Notes: generated by a model from the sequence alone, not told the origin. A DNA stretch of 64,000 nt from Promicromonospora sp. (GCA_036010205.1 DATGOB010000251.1:844-64843); one strand, 5' to 3'. Positions 1-10,158 are shown, numbered from the stretch's first letter. Numbers and translations: made by a program.

Positions 1-2
1 CG

Positions 3-704
3 CCGATCGTTCCCCAGGCCACGTCCGGGCAGTGCGACTCGTGCGCCGCCATCGCACGTTCGCGGTCGGTGGCGACCGACACCGCCCTCGACGACCCGCG
101 CGAGTTCACCGTCTACCTGGCCCACCACGGGAGCGTTGTCAAGGTCGGGATCACCGCGACCGAGCGCGGCCCGGCGCGGCTGCTGGAGCAGGGTGCCTTG
201 TCCTCCGTGATCCTGTCGGCAGGGACTCTGTTGTCGGCCCGGCGGTGCGAGGCCCTGCTCACGGCGGCGCTCGGCCTGCCCCAGCAGGTCCGCACCGCCC
301 GCAAGCGAGCTGCGCGGTTCGCGCCGGAGCCTGCGGCGAGGCGCGCGGAGGAGCTGTCGGCGCTCGCCGACCGAGCTGGCCGCCTGGACTGGCCGGACGG
401 CCAGATCCGAGCGACCGCGGAGCCTGTCGACCATACGGGCACATACGGGCTGGCGCCCGCGGGGATCACACCCGAACATCAGGTCGCCCCTTTGCTGCCA
501 GGTACCACGATCGGTGGCGAGGTCAGGTGCCGCATCGGGCGGGATCTCTATCTCGCGACGTCCGCAGGGTCGGTGCTGGTGGACACGGGACTGCTCGAAG
601 GGTGGGCCCTGAGCCGCGCTGACGGCGACACGCAGTTCACGGCGGCCACGTCACCTGTTCCCGAGCCCGCCGCGACGGAGGACCAGCACGAGGCCCTCTT
701 CTGA
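3..704 (+). CDS. DUF2797-family protein (5'-partial, starts before the window)
   Basis: The frame of ORF 69..704 is open back to base 3 and includes QCDSC (CxxC), followed by VYLAHHGSVVKVGIT...RLLEQGA, typical of DUF2797. Confidence 0.75.
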   Translation, partial: PIVPQATSGQCDSCAAIARSRSVATDTALDDPREFTVYLAHHGSVVKVGITATERGPARLLEQGALSSVILSAGTLLSARRCEALLTAALGLPQQVRTARKRAARFAPEPAARRAEELSALADRAGRLDWPDGQIRATAEPVDHTGTYGLAPAGITPEHQVAPLLPGTTIGGEVRCRIGRDLYLATSAGSVLVDTGLLEGWALSRADGDTQFTAATSPVPEPAATEDQHEALF

Positions 705-854
705 CCGGCGTCCGGAGCGGCTCCGCTTCTACCCGGTGCTGAACGGGACTACGCGACGCGGATCGCGTGCGACCACCACGGCCGGGCTCGGCGCCGGTCA
801 CGAATGACGCGTCGTCGGAGGCCAGGTGCGCGGGGTCCCCGATGCCCCCCCGAC

Positions 855-1493
855 TCAGGCGCCGGGCAGCGTCCCCGCCACCGCCCCGATCGCCCGCCGC
901 GCGTAGGCCCGCGCCTCCTCCCGCGACGGCGCCGCGGTCAGCCCGAGCAGCCGCCTGCGGTGCGCCTCACCGAGCAGCAGCGTGTAGAGCATCTCGCCGC
1001 GCTCGCTCGCCGCGGCCCCGTGCTCGACCTCGAGCCCCGCGGTCAGCACCGCGATCGACCGCGCCGGACCCTTGGCGTAGAAGTCGGCCGCGAGCTGCGG
1101 GTGCCGCAGCGACTCGGCGACGACGAGGCGGTGGAGCGTGACGGCGTCGTCGCCGTGCAGGATGTGCACCATCCGGGTGGCCAGCTCCTCGAGGTCCTCG
1201 CCGTCGCGGACCGGGGGGCGTTCGTGGACGTGCAGCCGGTCGACGGCGGCGAAGAACAGGCCGGTCTTGTCGGTGAAGTGCCGGTAGACGGTGCGCTTGG
1301 TGGCGCCCACCGCCGCGGCGACGGCCTCGATCGTCGTGCCGCTGAACCCGTGCTCGGCGAACAGGCGCACGGCGGCCGCGAGGATCTCCTCGCGCCGCGC
1401 CTCGACGTCCTCCCGGCGCGGGCGCCCGGGCCCGCGCCGGGGCTCCGTGGCGGCCCGCCGTGTGGCGTTCGTCTCTGACCCCTCCGTCGTCAC
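855..1493 (-). CDS. TetR/AcrR family transcriptional regulator
   Basis: N-terminal HTH ILAAAVRLFAEHGFSGTTIEAVAAAVGATKRTVYRHF. GTG start at 1493 is preferred because 1500-1521 looks like an operator; the ORF track start is 1529. Confidence 0.9.
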   Translation of the reverse strand: MTTEGSETNATRRAATEPRRGPGRPRREDVEARREEILAAAVRLFAEHGFSGTTIEAVAAAVGATKRTVYRHFTDKTGLFFAAVDRLHVHERPPVRDGEDLEELATRMVHILHGDDAVTLHRLVVAESLRHPQLAADFYAKGPARSIAVLTAGLEVEHGAAASERGEMLYTLLLGEAHRRRLLGLTAAPSREEARAYARRAIGAVAGTLPGA

Positions 1494-1499
1494 GCCCGT

Positions 1500-1521
1500 A
1501 ATGATACGTTGCCGTTTCATT
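1500..1521. promoter_or_regulatory. Putative TetR operator between divergent tetR and DUF952 genes
   Basis: AATGATACG-TTGC-CGTTTCATT, an inverted repeat with 8/9 match, AT-rich against the GC-rich background. Confidence 0.6.
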
Positions 1522-1554
1522 GATGGCACGACTCATCGAGACGGAGGACGACCG

Positions 1555-1998
1555 ATGGCCGGCGAACGACTGGTGCACGTGGCCTTCAGCGACGACTGGG
1601 AGGCGTGCGAGCGCTTCGGCGAGTACGACGTCGCGACGCGCAGCACGCTCCTCGACGACACCGGGTTCATCCATGCCGCCACCGCCGACACCCTGCAGGC
1701 GGTGCTCGACGGTGTCTACGGCGACGCGTCCGAACCCCTCGTGCTCGCCGTGATCGACGAAGCGGCGCTCGCTGACCAGGGGATCGAGGTCCGGTGGGAG
1801 CCGGGCGCAGGGCCGGGCGGCACGGCGGCGCCCCGCATCGAGGGCGCCCTCCAGATGGACCGCGTCACCGTGCCCGCCGTCCTGCCGCTGCGGCGCGGAC
1901 CCGAGGGGTGGGTCGCCCCGGAGCTCGACGAGTGGGGCGTGCGCCGGACGGCGCCGACCGGCATGGCGGCGGCCGATGGTCGATCGGGCACCGTCTAG
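1555..1998 (+). CDS. DUF952-family protein
   Basis: ATG 1555 after a GGAGG RBS; HVAF..DW...GEY...STLLDDTGFIHAAT and LAVID...IEVRWE match DUF952. Confidence 0.8.
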   Translation: MAGERLVHVAFSDDWEACERFGEYDVATRSTLLDDTGFIHAATADTLQAVLDGVYGDASEPLVLAVIDEAALADQGIEVRWEPGAGPGGTAAPRIEGALQMDRVTVPAVLPLRRGPEGWVAPELDEWGVRRTAPTGMAAADGRSGTV

Positions 1999-2020
1999 AG
2001 GACTGCCGTAGACTCGCTGT

Positions 2021-2866
2021 ATGACCCCCTCCGAAGTGCGTGTGTCGATCGCCCAGCTGGCTGCCGGGCAGTGAGGGCTGGTCACGGCTGCTCAGGCGAG
2101 CGCCGCCGGTGCCACTCGCATGTTGCTCACGCGGATGGCCGAGAGGGGTGAGCTCGAGCGCGTGACCTACGGCATCTATGGGGTGCCCGCTGCGCTGGCG
2201 GACGAGCACCTGGAGAAGCGAGCTCTCTGGCTGTCGCTCGATCCGGCGAGGACCGCTGAGGAGCGGCTCGTTCGTCGGCACGAGGCGGGGGTGCTCTCGC
2301 ATGCGACGGCAGCAGCTCTGCATCAGATCGGGGACATCGTGGACGCTCGTGTCGAGATCACGACACCTCGTAGGCAGCAGTCGCGACGGCCGGAGCTGCG
2401 GCTGCACCGGGCAGCGCTGGGCCCGGACGAGGTGATCTCCGTGGGCGGGCTCCCGACGACCACTGTGTCGAGAACGATCGCCGACCTCGTCGCTGCAGGG
2501 CATGACCGCGATCACGTCGCCACCGCCCTTGCTGACGCTCTGCGTCAGGACCTCGCCACACGCGATCAGATCGGCGCAGCGCTCGAGCGGCGCCTCGGTG
2601 CGGACCAGGCCGACGAGGTGTTCGCCGAGCTGCTGACCGTTGCCGGCCTCGGCGAGGCGGGCCAGGAGCGCGCAGTGCTGGATTCCCCGATCGTGCGTCG
2701 GGCGATCGAGAACGTCGTCCACCAGCTCGGACAGGCCGTGCACTCCGAGGGGCCCCGCGATCTCGCATGGCTTCTTCCCCGAGCCTCGCCGCCCATCGAG
2801 GTCGGCGCGACGGGGCCGGAACGCGACGAAGCCTTCGATGACGAGCAAGCGAACGAAGCGCGGTGA
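2021..2866 (+). pseudogene. Type IV TA antitoxin AbiEi family, with premature stop (TGA at 2072-2074)
   Basis: The frame reads MTPSEVRVSIAQLAAGQ*GLVTAAQASAAGATRMLLTRMAERGELERVTYGIY. The stop falls where AbiEi proteins have QWG. Downstream LSHATAAALHQIGD and PTTTVSRTIADL are AbiEi-like. Confidence 0.75.
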
Positions 2867-3090
2867 CGACCGAGAAGCGGTACCGCAGCGCCATCGCGAT
2901 GTGGAACGGGGTGCGTGCTCGGGCCCGTGCCGCCGCCAAGGAGTCGGGTCGAACCGTGACGAGGACCCCGCGGGAGGGCAGGACGGTCGTGCGCATACGT
3001 TCTCCTGAGGTTCCGGTGGGCGCCGGTCGGCCGGGCGTGCCACCACCCGGCCCCGCGCCGCTTACAGTTGGACCATGCCCGCCACCATGA
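2863..3090 (+). pseudogene. Probable truncated AbiEii (nucleotidyltransferase toxin) remnant
   Basis: GTGA overlap with the abiEi stop. MTTEKRYRSAIAMWNGVRARARAAAKESG resembles AbiEii N-termini, then degenerates after about 30 codons with no catalytic domain. Confidence 0.5.
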
Positions 3091-4085
3091 AGGACGTGGC
3101 GACCCGGGCCGGGGTGTCGCTGAAGACCGTCTCACGGGTAGTCAACCGGGAGCCCCACATCCGCCCCGAGACCATGGCGCGGGTCGAGGCGGCCATCGCC
3201 GAGCTGGGCTGGGTGCCCAACCCGAGCGCCCGCAACCTCCGGACCGGTCGTACGGGCACCATCGGCATCGTCGTGGCCGAGCTGCGCCGCCCGTACCTCG
3301 CGATGCTCGTCGAGGCGCTCGTGCACGAGGCCGAGCGGCTGGGCCTCACGGCGACGGTCGAGCCCACGCACCGCCGCCCGCGGCGCATCTCGGAGGTGCT
3401 GGGGGAGCGCGGCCACCTGTACGACGGCGTGCTGCTGATCGACCCCGAGGACCTCGAGCCGGTCACGTGGGACCAGGCGCAGCAGCCCGTGGTGGTGATC
3501 CAGGGCGGCAGCTGGCAGGCCCCGGTCGACCGCGTCGACGAGGACGTCGTCGAGGCCGCGGGGCTGGTGGCCCGGCACCTCGGCGTCATGGGCCGGACGC
3601 GGCCCGTGCTGCTGGGGCCCGACCGCGCCCGCACGGAGACCGACAGGGAGAACCTGTCCGCGGCGCTCCGGGCCGCGCTCTCGGCGGTCGGCATCGAGGC
3701 GGGCGCCGTACCGCGGGTGTCGCTGGGCGGTGTCGGCGACCGGCGCGCGGGCGCCGCGGCGGCGGCCGCGGCCCTGGAGGTGCGCCCCGACCTCGACGCC
3801 CTGCTGTGCGTGAACGACGAGGTGGCGATCGGCGCGCTGTCCTGCCTGGTCGAGCGCGGCGTGGCCGTGCCGGACGACGTGGCGATCATCGGCTACGACA
3901 ACCTGGCCGACGGGCAGTTCTCCACGCCGACGCTCACCACGATCGACCCGTCGCCCGCGGGCCTGGCGCGTGCGGCCCTCGAGCTGCTCACGGAACGGCT
4001 GCGGGGCGGCGCGCCCGCCGCGGCCCGGCAGGTCACCGTGCCGGTCACGCTGGTGCGCCGCGAGTCGACGATGGGGATGCCGTGA
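3075..4085 (+). CDS. LacI family transcriptional regulator
   Basis: TMKDVATRAGVSLKTVSRVVN HTH, hinge ARNLRTG, and C-terminal PDDVAIIGYDN...PTLTTI. Confidence 0.95.
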   Translation: MPATMKDVATRAGVSLKTVSRVVNREPHIRPETMARVEAAIAELGWVPNPSARNLRTGRTGTIGIVVAELRRPYLAMLVEALVHEAERLGLTATVEPTHRRPRRISEVLGERGHLYDGVLLIDPEDLEPVTWDQAQQPVVVIQGGSWQAPVDRVDEDVVEAAGLVARHLGVMGRTRPVLLGPDRARTETDRENLSAALRAALSAVGIEAGAVPRVSLGGVGDRRAGAAAAAAALEVRPDLDALLCVNDEVAIGALSCLVERGVAVPDDVAIIGYDNLADGQFSTPTLTTIDPSPAGLARAALELLTERLRGGAPAAARQVTVPVTLVRRESTMGMP

Positions 4086-5095
4086 ACAGCGACACCACCC
4101 GCCGCCCCACCCTGGAGGACGTCGCGCGGCTGGCCGGCGTGTCGGCGAAGACCGTCTCGAACGTCATGCTCGACCGGCCGAACGTCTCGGCGGCCACCCG
4201 CGCCACGGTGCGCGCCGCCGCCGCGACCGTGGGCTACCGGCCGAACCACGCCGGCCGCGGGCTGGCGTCGGGCCGCACGGGCCGCATCGCGGTGGTGGTG
4301 CCCAACCTCTTCCAGCCCTACTTCGCCGAGATGGCGGAACGCCTCATCCTCGCTCTCGAGGACGAGGGCCTCACCACGACGCTGCGTGTCGCGGGCGACG
4401 TGCACGCGGAGCTGGCGGCCGTCATCGGGTCGTCCACGCGCGACGCCGACGGCGTCGTCATCTGCCCCGCCCACTTCCGCGCGGCGGCGCTCGGCGGCCG
4501 GGCGCTCGACCGGCCCGTCGTCCAGGTCGGCGGCCCCGCCACCGACTCCCTGGACTGCGTGATCATGGGCGAGTACGCCGGGGCCAACGCCGTCACCCGC
4601 CACCTGCTGGACACGGGCCGACGCCGCCTCGCGATCATCTGGAACGGCCTGAGCACCGAGAGCGGGCGCTACGCCGGGGTGGTCGACGCCCTCGCCGAGC
4701 GGGGGATCGACCCCGACCCGGCGCTGTTCGCCGTCGGCTCGGACTGGGACCGGCGGGAGTCCGGGTACGAGGCCATGGTCGGGCTGCTGCGGACCGGCGT
4801 CGAGTTCGACGCCGCGGTGTGCGCGAACGACGCGACGGCGATCGGCGTCGTGCGCGCGCTGCGCTCCCACGGCCGCCGGGTCCCTGACGACGTCGCCGTC
4901 ACCGGCTTCGACAACACGGACGAGAGCGAGTTCGCGAGCCCACCGCTGACCTCGGTGAGCCCGGACCCGGAGGCGATGGTCTCGGCCGCCGTCCGCATGC
5001 TCGTCGACCGGCTCGACGGGTACGACGGGCCGGCGCGCTCCGTGCGGACGGGGGCCGAGCTGATGATCCGGAAGTCGTCAGGACCGGCGTCCTGA
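4082..5095 (+). CDS. LacI family transcriptional regulator (second, coupled)
   Basis: GTG 4082 overlaps the upstream TGA; PTLEDVARLAGVSAKTVSNV HTH and PDDVAVTGFDN...PPLTSV. Confidence 0.95.
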   Translation: MNSDTTRRPTLEDVARLAGVSAKTVSNVMLDRPNVSAATRATVRAAAATVGYRPNHAGRGLASGRTGRIAVVVPNLFQPYFAEMAERLILALEDEGLTTTLRVAGDVHAELAAVIGSSTRDADGVVICPAHFRAAALGGRALDRPVVQVGGPATDSLDCVIMGEYAGANAVTRHLLDTGRRRLAIIWNGLSTESGRYAGVVDALAERGIDPDPALFAVGSDWDRRESGYEAMVGLLRTGVEFDAAVCANDATAIGVVRALRSHGRRVPDDVAVTGFDNTDESEFASPPLTSVSPDPEAMVSAAVRMLVDRLDGYDGPARSVRTGAELMIRKSSGPAS

Positions 5096-5099
5096 GACG

Positions 5100-7376
5100 T
5101 CAGGATCCCACGCGGACGGTGACCAGCGACCAGGCGGGGACCGGGATCGCGGCCCGGCCGTCGGTGAGCTCCGCCGTGGTCTCGACGGGCTCGACCGGGG
5201 AGGCCTCGAACGGGCGCCCGACGTCGGGGGCGCCACCGGCAAGCGTCGTGACGGTGACCGGCAGCGTGCCGGACGCGCCGTCGACCGTCAGGTGCGCGGT
5301 CCGGTCCTCGTCGGCGAGGCCGACGAGGGTGACGTGGGTGCTGCCGTCGGGCCCGCTGGTGGCACCGGCCACGAGGTCGGGCCAGGGGCGCAGGTCGTCC
5401 TCGTGGTCGTGCACGAGCGCGCCGTCGAGCCACACCCGGATGCGCGCCCCGTCCACCGTGACGCGGACGTGCAGGGGCTCGTCGGTACGGACGCCCTCGA
5501 ACGGGTGCGGCCCGTCCACCTCGTTGCCGATGCCGTCGTCGCGCCGGGCCAGGACGAGCGACTCGTTGCGCCAGCCTCCGACCTGGAACTCGTGCACGGT
5601 CTCGCCGTCCGCCCCGCCGAACCCGACGACGAAGCCCTCGGCGCCGTCGGTCCGGGTGGCGATCAGCTCGAGCTCGGTGCCGTCCGCCGCCAGCGTCGCC
5701 GTGTCCTCGGGGCCGACGAGCTGGTCCGGGTGCGTCGTGCCGCCCACCCGGATCGCGCTGAACCGGGTCGTCGAACCGGCGGAGCGGAACGTGACCCGCT
5801 GCATCGCGGGCGGCGACTGCGGTCGGTCGGTGTGCCCCGTGACCGCGCAGCCGAGCACCTGCTCGCCGCGAACCTGCGCCATCATCCGCTGCACGTGGTA
5901 GCTCGGGCTCGGCCGCACCTCGTCGTCGGTGAAGTAGACGAGGTCGGGCAGCCACTGGGTGCTGCCGACGCGCGCGAGCAGCGGCGCGTACGACGACAGG
6001 CGCACCACGTCCGAGCTCCGCTCGACGGCGGTCATGTACGCGGCCTCGGCGAGCGCCGAGCGCATCGTGGAGGTGTGGGCGGCCCACTCGCCGAGGTAGA
6101 CGGCGGGCCCGGACCGGTCGTAGTGGTCGAAGCGGTCCAGGTGCTGCAGGAGCCACCGCGGGGAGCGGTAGCTGTGCTCGTCGACCATCGGCACCCCGAG
6201 GCGGCGGGCCAGCTCCCACCCGGCGTCGTAGTCCGGGCCGTAGGGCTTGGGGCCGAGCGTGCCGATGACGGTGACGTCCGGGTACGCCTCCCGCACGGCC
6301 GCGAAGAGCTGCCCGAAGCGGTCGGCGAACTGCGCGTCGACGACGTCCTCGTTGCCGAGGCCCAGGTAGCGCAGCCCGAACGGCTCGGGGTGGCCGGCCG
6401 CGGCCCTGACGGCGCCCCAGCGGGTCTCGGGGCTGCCGTTGGCGTACTCGACGAGGTCGAGCACGTCCTGGATGTACTGCGGCATGCGCTGCTGCGGGAT
6501 CGCCTGCGGACCGCCGGGCACGTTCTGGCAGCACACGCCCGCGGCCACGACGGGCATCGGCGTGGCCCCGAGCTCCTCGCAGAGCAGGAAGTACTCGTGG
6601 TACCCGATCGCCATCGACTGGTGGTAGCCCCACGTGTTGGGCATGGGCAGGCGGTCCTCGCGAGGCCCGACGGTGCGCTTCCAGTGGTAGATGTTGTCGA
6701 GGCCGTAGCCGTGGGCGACGCAGCCTCCGGGGAACCGGACGAACGCGGGGCGCAGCGCGCGCAGCGTCTCCACCAGGTCGGGGCGGAACAGGCGGGCGCG
6801 GCCCTGCGGGTCGACGGGGCGCAGCTCGACGAGGTCGACGTCGACGGCGCCCTCACCGACCCCGATGGTCAGGGTGGCGCGGGCCGTCTCGGCGCTGGTC
6901 AGGTCCACCTCGACCCAGCGCCAGTCGTCGTCGGCGACGGGGATCTCGACCCGGGCGAGGGCACCGCCGTCGGCAGTGGTGAGGGACGCGTGCGCGGTGG
7001 CCGACGGCGTCGCCCGGCGGACGGCGAGCCGGAGCCGGGAGGTGCCCGCGGGCACGAGCATGCCGTCGGGGTCGTAGCCCCGGTTGGTCAGCCGCGACCC
7101 TGCGGTGAGGCGGACATGGGTGGCGTTGGCGGCTGAGACGGGCCGGTCGCTGCGGACCTGGACGCCCTCGGTGGGCTCCCAGCCGGTCAGCGGGCCCCAG
7201 CCGGGCCGGTCGGCGGGCGTGGCCTCGAAGTCGCCGTTGCGGACGAGGTCGGCGTTGAGCCCCCCGTCCAGCGCGTAGTTGATGTCCTCGAGGAACAGGC
7301 CCCACAGGTCCTGGCTCACCCGGGTCCCGGTGGGCTGCTGCACGTGGATCGCGACGTCGTTCGGGCTGGTGGTCAT
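5100..7376 (-). CDS. Alpha-L-arabinofuranosidase, GH51 (long form with CBM-like and inserted beta-sandwich domains)
   Basis: LWGLFLEDINYALDGGL, FVRFPGGC, GLGNED (acid/base), YLGEW (nucleophile), SYAPLL. Confidence 0.92.
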   Translation of the reverse strand: MTTSPNDVAIHVQQPTGTRVSQDLWGLFLEDINYALDGGLNADLVRNGDFEATPADRPGWGPLTGWEPTEGVQVRSDRPVSAANATHVRLTAGSRLTNRGYDPDGMLVPAGTSRLRLAVRRATPSATAHASLTTADGGALARVEIPVADDDWRWVEVDLTSAETARATLTIGVGEGAVDVDLVELRPVDPQGRARLFRPDLVETLRALRPAFVRFPGGCVAHGYGLDNIYHWKRTVGPREDRLPMPNTWGYHQSMAIGYHEYFLLCEELGATPMPVVAAGVCCQNVPGGPQAIPQQRMPQYIQDVLDLVEYANGSPETRWGAVRAAAGHPEPFGLRYLGLGNEDVVDAQFADRFGQLFAAVREAYPDVTVIGTLGPKPYGPDYDAGWELARRLGVPMVDEHSYRSPRWLLQHLDRFDHYDRSGPAVYLGEWAAHTSTMRSALAEAAYMTAVERSSDVVRLSSYAPLLARVGSTQWLPDLVYFTDDEVRPSPSYHVQRMMAQVRGEQVLGCAVTGHTDRPQSPPAMQRVTFRSAGSTTRFSAIRVGGTTHPDQLVGPEDTATLAADGTELELIATRTDGAEGFVVGFGGADGETVHEFQVGGWRNESLVLARRDDGIGNEVDGPHPFEGVRTDEPLHVRVTVDGARIRVWLDGALVHDHEDDLRPWPDLVAGATSGPDGSTHVTLVGLADEDRTAHLTVDGASGTLPVTVTTLAGGAPDVGRPFEASPVEPVETTAELTDGRAAIPVPAWSLVTVRVGS

Positions 7377-7459
7377 CGGTTCGCACCCTTCCTCGGGGTT
7401 CGGGCCGCCCCGGCGCGCCGCTCCCTCGCGCCGTCGCCGGGTTGTCGCAGGCCAACGTA

Positions 7460-7500
7460 CAGCGTTGTCACGTCCTCGTCGACAACCATTGACAACGCTG
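7460..7500. promoter_or_regulatory. Putative LacI operator pair in the divergent GH51/ABC promoter
   Basis: CAGCGTTGTCA (7460-7470) and TGACAACGCTG (7490-7500) form a perfect 11-bp inverted repeat with a 19-bp spacer. Confidence 0.6.
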
Positions 7501-7594
7501 AACCAAGTCCGCGATCATCGGTGGCGCTCGGGCACGACGACGGCGGGTCACCGAGGATCCGCCCGGCTCACGAGCACGACATCCGGAGGTCTCG

Positions 7595-9187
7595 ATGAAG
7601 AGCAGGACACGCCTCGTCGGCTTCGTGCTGGCGACCGGAGCACTCCTCCTCGCCGGCTGCAGCGGCGGGGGCGGCGGCAAGGACGCCGCGGACGGGACGA
7701 TCGACATCCTCGTCGTCAAGCACGGGCTGACCGGCCCGATGGCTGACATGGCCTGGGTCGAGGAGCTCGAGAAGAAGGCCGGCGTGACGATCCGCTGGGA
7801 GGAGGTCTCGGCCGACTGGAGCCAGAAGAAGGCCACGATGCTCGCGGCGGGCGAGGTGCCCGACCTCGTCGTGGGCGGGAACGCGATCACCAACGCCGAC
7901 CTCGCCACCTACTCGTCCCTGTTCGAGGACCTGTCCGACGACATGGACGCCCTGCCCAACGTGCAGGGCATGCTCGACTCGCACGCCGAGCTGGCGGCCA
8001 TGGCCACGCGGTCGACCGGCGAGGTCTACGCGCTGCCCAGCTACCGGCGCTACTGGCCGGAGACCATCTCGCGCCAGTACATCAACCAGGACTGGCTCGA
8101 CACCCTCGGCCTCGAGATGCCGACCACCTGGGACGAGCTCTTCGACGTGCTCGTCGCCTTCAAGGAGCAGGACGCCAACGGCGACGGCGACCCCGACGAC
8201 GAGATCCCCTGGGACTGGAACCCCGTCGACCCCGCGGGCTTCGCGGCAGGGCAGCCCACCATGCTGCTCGGCGGGCTCGGCCTGCCGACCACCTACGGCG
8301 GCGGCCAGGGGTACGTCGTCGAGGACGGCAAGGTGCTCAACTTCCTCGTCGACGAGCGGTACCGCCAGGTCATCGAGTTCACGCACCGCGCGTACGAGGC
8401 CGGGCTCATCAGCAAGCAGGTGATGACCCAGGACTACTCGGCCTTCCAGTCGGTCGGCCGTGGCGACGGCGACGTCGCGAAGGTCGGCTTCAGCTGGGGC
8501 TGGACGGCCTCGGACCGGTTCGGCGCGCAGCTCGCCGACCAGTACACGTCGATGGCGCCCCTCCGGGCGGAGGCCGGGCAGTCGACGCCCGTCACCTGGA
8601 ACTACGACACCGAGAACTTCAGCCCCAACCACATCGTCATGTCGGCGAGCACCGCCGACAAGGACGGGGCGCTCGCGGTGATCGACGCCTTCTACGACCC
8701 GGAGATCTCCGTCCAGGTGCTCTGGGGCGACCTGGGCGAGAACGTGGAGCGCGACGGCGACGGGTACACGGTGCTGCCGCCCGCCGACGGGAAGAGCGAC
8801 CCCTCGACGTGGAAGTGGACGACGACGCTCGCCGACGCCGGGCCGCACTGGATCCGGGACGACATCGACGTCGAGCCGCCCGCCGACCTCGCCGAGGCCG
8901 TCGAGCAGTCGGAGCCGCTGCGCGAGGCGCTCGGGAACGTCGACCCCGACACGGACATCTACCCCTTCAAGTACGTGAACATCTCCACCGAGGACCAGAG
9001 CACCATCACGCTCAACGACACCACGGTGCTCAACCTCGCGATGACGGCGTTCGGACGGTGGGTCACCGAGGGCGGCGTCGAGGAGGAGTGGGACGACTAC
9101 GTGGCGCAGCTCGAGGGCGCGGGCCTGCCGCAGAACGTCGAGATCTACCAGCGCTACTACGACGAGTACCAGGCGAGCCGGTCATGA
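7595..9187 (+). CDS. ABC sugar-binding lipoprotein (LplA-like)
   Basis: Lipobox LLLAGC; MLAAGEVPDL, INQDWLDTLGLEMPTTWDELFDVLVAFKEQDANG. Confidence 0.92.
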   Translation: MKSRTRLVGFVLATGALLLAGCSGGGGGKDAADGTIDILVVKHGLTGPMADMAWVEELEKKAGVTIRWEEVSADWSQKKATMLAAGEVPDLVVGGNAITNADLATYSSLFEDLSDDMDALPNVQGMLDSHAELAAMATRSTGEVYALPSYRRYWPETISRQYINQDWLDTLGLEMPTTWDELFDVLVAFKEQDANGDGDPDDEIPWDWNPVDPAGFAAGQPTMLLGGLGLPTTYGGGQGYVVEDGKVLNFLVDERYRQVIEFTHRAYEAGLISKQVMTQDYSAFQSVGRGDGDVAKVGFSWGWTASDRFGAQLADQYTSMAPLRAEAGQSTPVTWNYDTENFSPNHIVMSASTADKDGALAVIDAFYDPEISVQVLWGDLGENVERDGDGYTVLPPADGKSDPSTWKWTTTLADAGPHWIRDDIDVEPPADLAEAVEQSEPLREALGNVDPDTDIYPFKYVNISTEDQSTITLNDTTVLNLAMTAFGRWVTEGGVEEEWDDYVAQLEGAGLPQNVEIYQRYYDEYQASRS

Positions 9188-10158
9188 CGCTCCTGCGAGA
9201 GCGGACCGAGCAGGCGGGCGCCGCGGCCACCGGTCGCGGCGCGCCGCCCGGCCCGGGCGGGCGCCTGCGCCGGCACCTCGGGCGGTACTGGCAGCTGTGG
9301 GTGCTGCTGCTGCCCGCGATCGGGTTCACCGCCGTGTTCGCGTACGTGCCGATGTACGGCATCCAGCTCGCCTTCCGGGAGTTCGACTTCCAGGCGGGGC
9401 TCACCGGTGGCGAGTGGGTGGGGCTGAAGTACTTCGAGGTGTTCTTCAGCAGCCCCATGTTCGGCACGGTGCTGCGCAACACGCTGACGATCAGCATCAC
9501 GACCCTCGTCGTCGGGTTCCTCGCGCCGATCGCCCTCGCGCTGATCATCAACCAGATCGTCAACGCGACGCGGAAGCGCTTCATGCAGACCGCGACCTAC
9601 CTGCCCCACTTCATCTCGATCGTCGTCGTGGTCGGCATGCTCCAGGTGCTCCTCAACCCCTCGAACGGCACCGTCACACGCCTGTTCAGCGGGGTGGGGC
9701 TCGACCTCGACCTGCTCGGCGACCCCGACCTGTTCGTCCCGGTCTACGTGATCTCCGAGGTGTGGCAGCACTGCGGCTGGAACTCGATCATCTACCTCGC
9801 CGCGCTCGCCTCGGTCGACACGCAGCTCTACGAGGCGGCGCGGATCGACGGCGCCAACCGGCTGCACCTGATCCGGCACGTCGACATCCCGGCCCTCGTG
9901 CCCACGATGATCATCCTGTTCATCCTCACGATGGGCGGCGTGCTCTCGACCGGCTTCGAGAAGGTCTGGCTGATGCAGAACGCGCTGAACCTGCCGGTGA
10001 GCGAGGTGATCGCGACCTACACCTACCGGATCGGCATCCTCGGCAACCAGTTCAGCCTCGGGACGGCGATCGGGTTGTTCAACACGGTCATCAACTTCCT
10101 CTTCCTGGTCGTCACGAACTGGCTGGCCAAGAAGTTCGCCGACACGAGCCTGTGGTGA
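9184..10158 (+). CDS. ABC carbohydrate permease (LplB-like)
   Basis: ATG overlaps the SBP stop; YVPMYGIQLAF and the EAA loop QLYEAARIDGANR. Confidence 0.93.
   Translation: MTLLRERTEQAGAAATGRGAPPGPGGRLRRHLGRYWQLWVLLLPAIGFTAVFAYVPMYGIQLAFREFDFQAGLTGGEWVGLKYFEVFFSSPMFGTVLRNTLTISITTLVVGFLAPIALALIINQIVNATRKRFMQTATYLPHFISIVVVVGMLQVLLNPSNGTVTRLFSGVGLDLDLLGDPDLFVPVYVISEVWQHCGWNSIIYLAALASVDTQLYEAARIDGANRLHLIRHVDIPALVPTMIILFILTMGGVLSTGFEKVWLMQNALNLPVSEVIATYTYRIGILGNQFSLGTAIGLFNTVINFLFLVVTNWLAKKFADTSLW

Noticed and set aside
2072-2074. In-frame TGA as selenocysteine or programmed readthrough
   Set aside because: It falls at a Trp-type position of AbiEi rather than a Cys site, and the partner toxin is also truncated; a nonsense mutation or sequencing error is more parsimonious.
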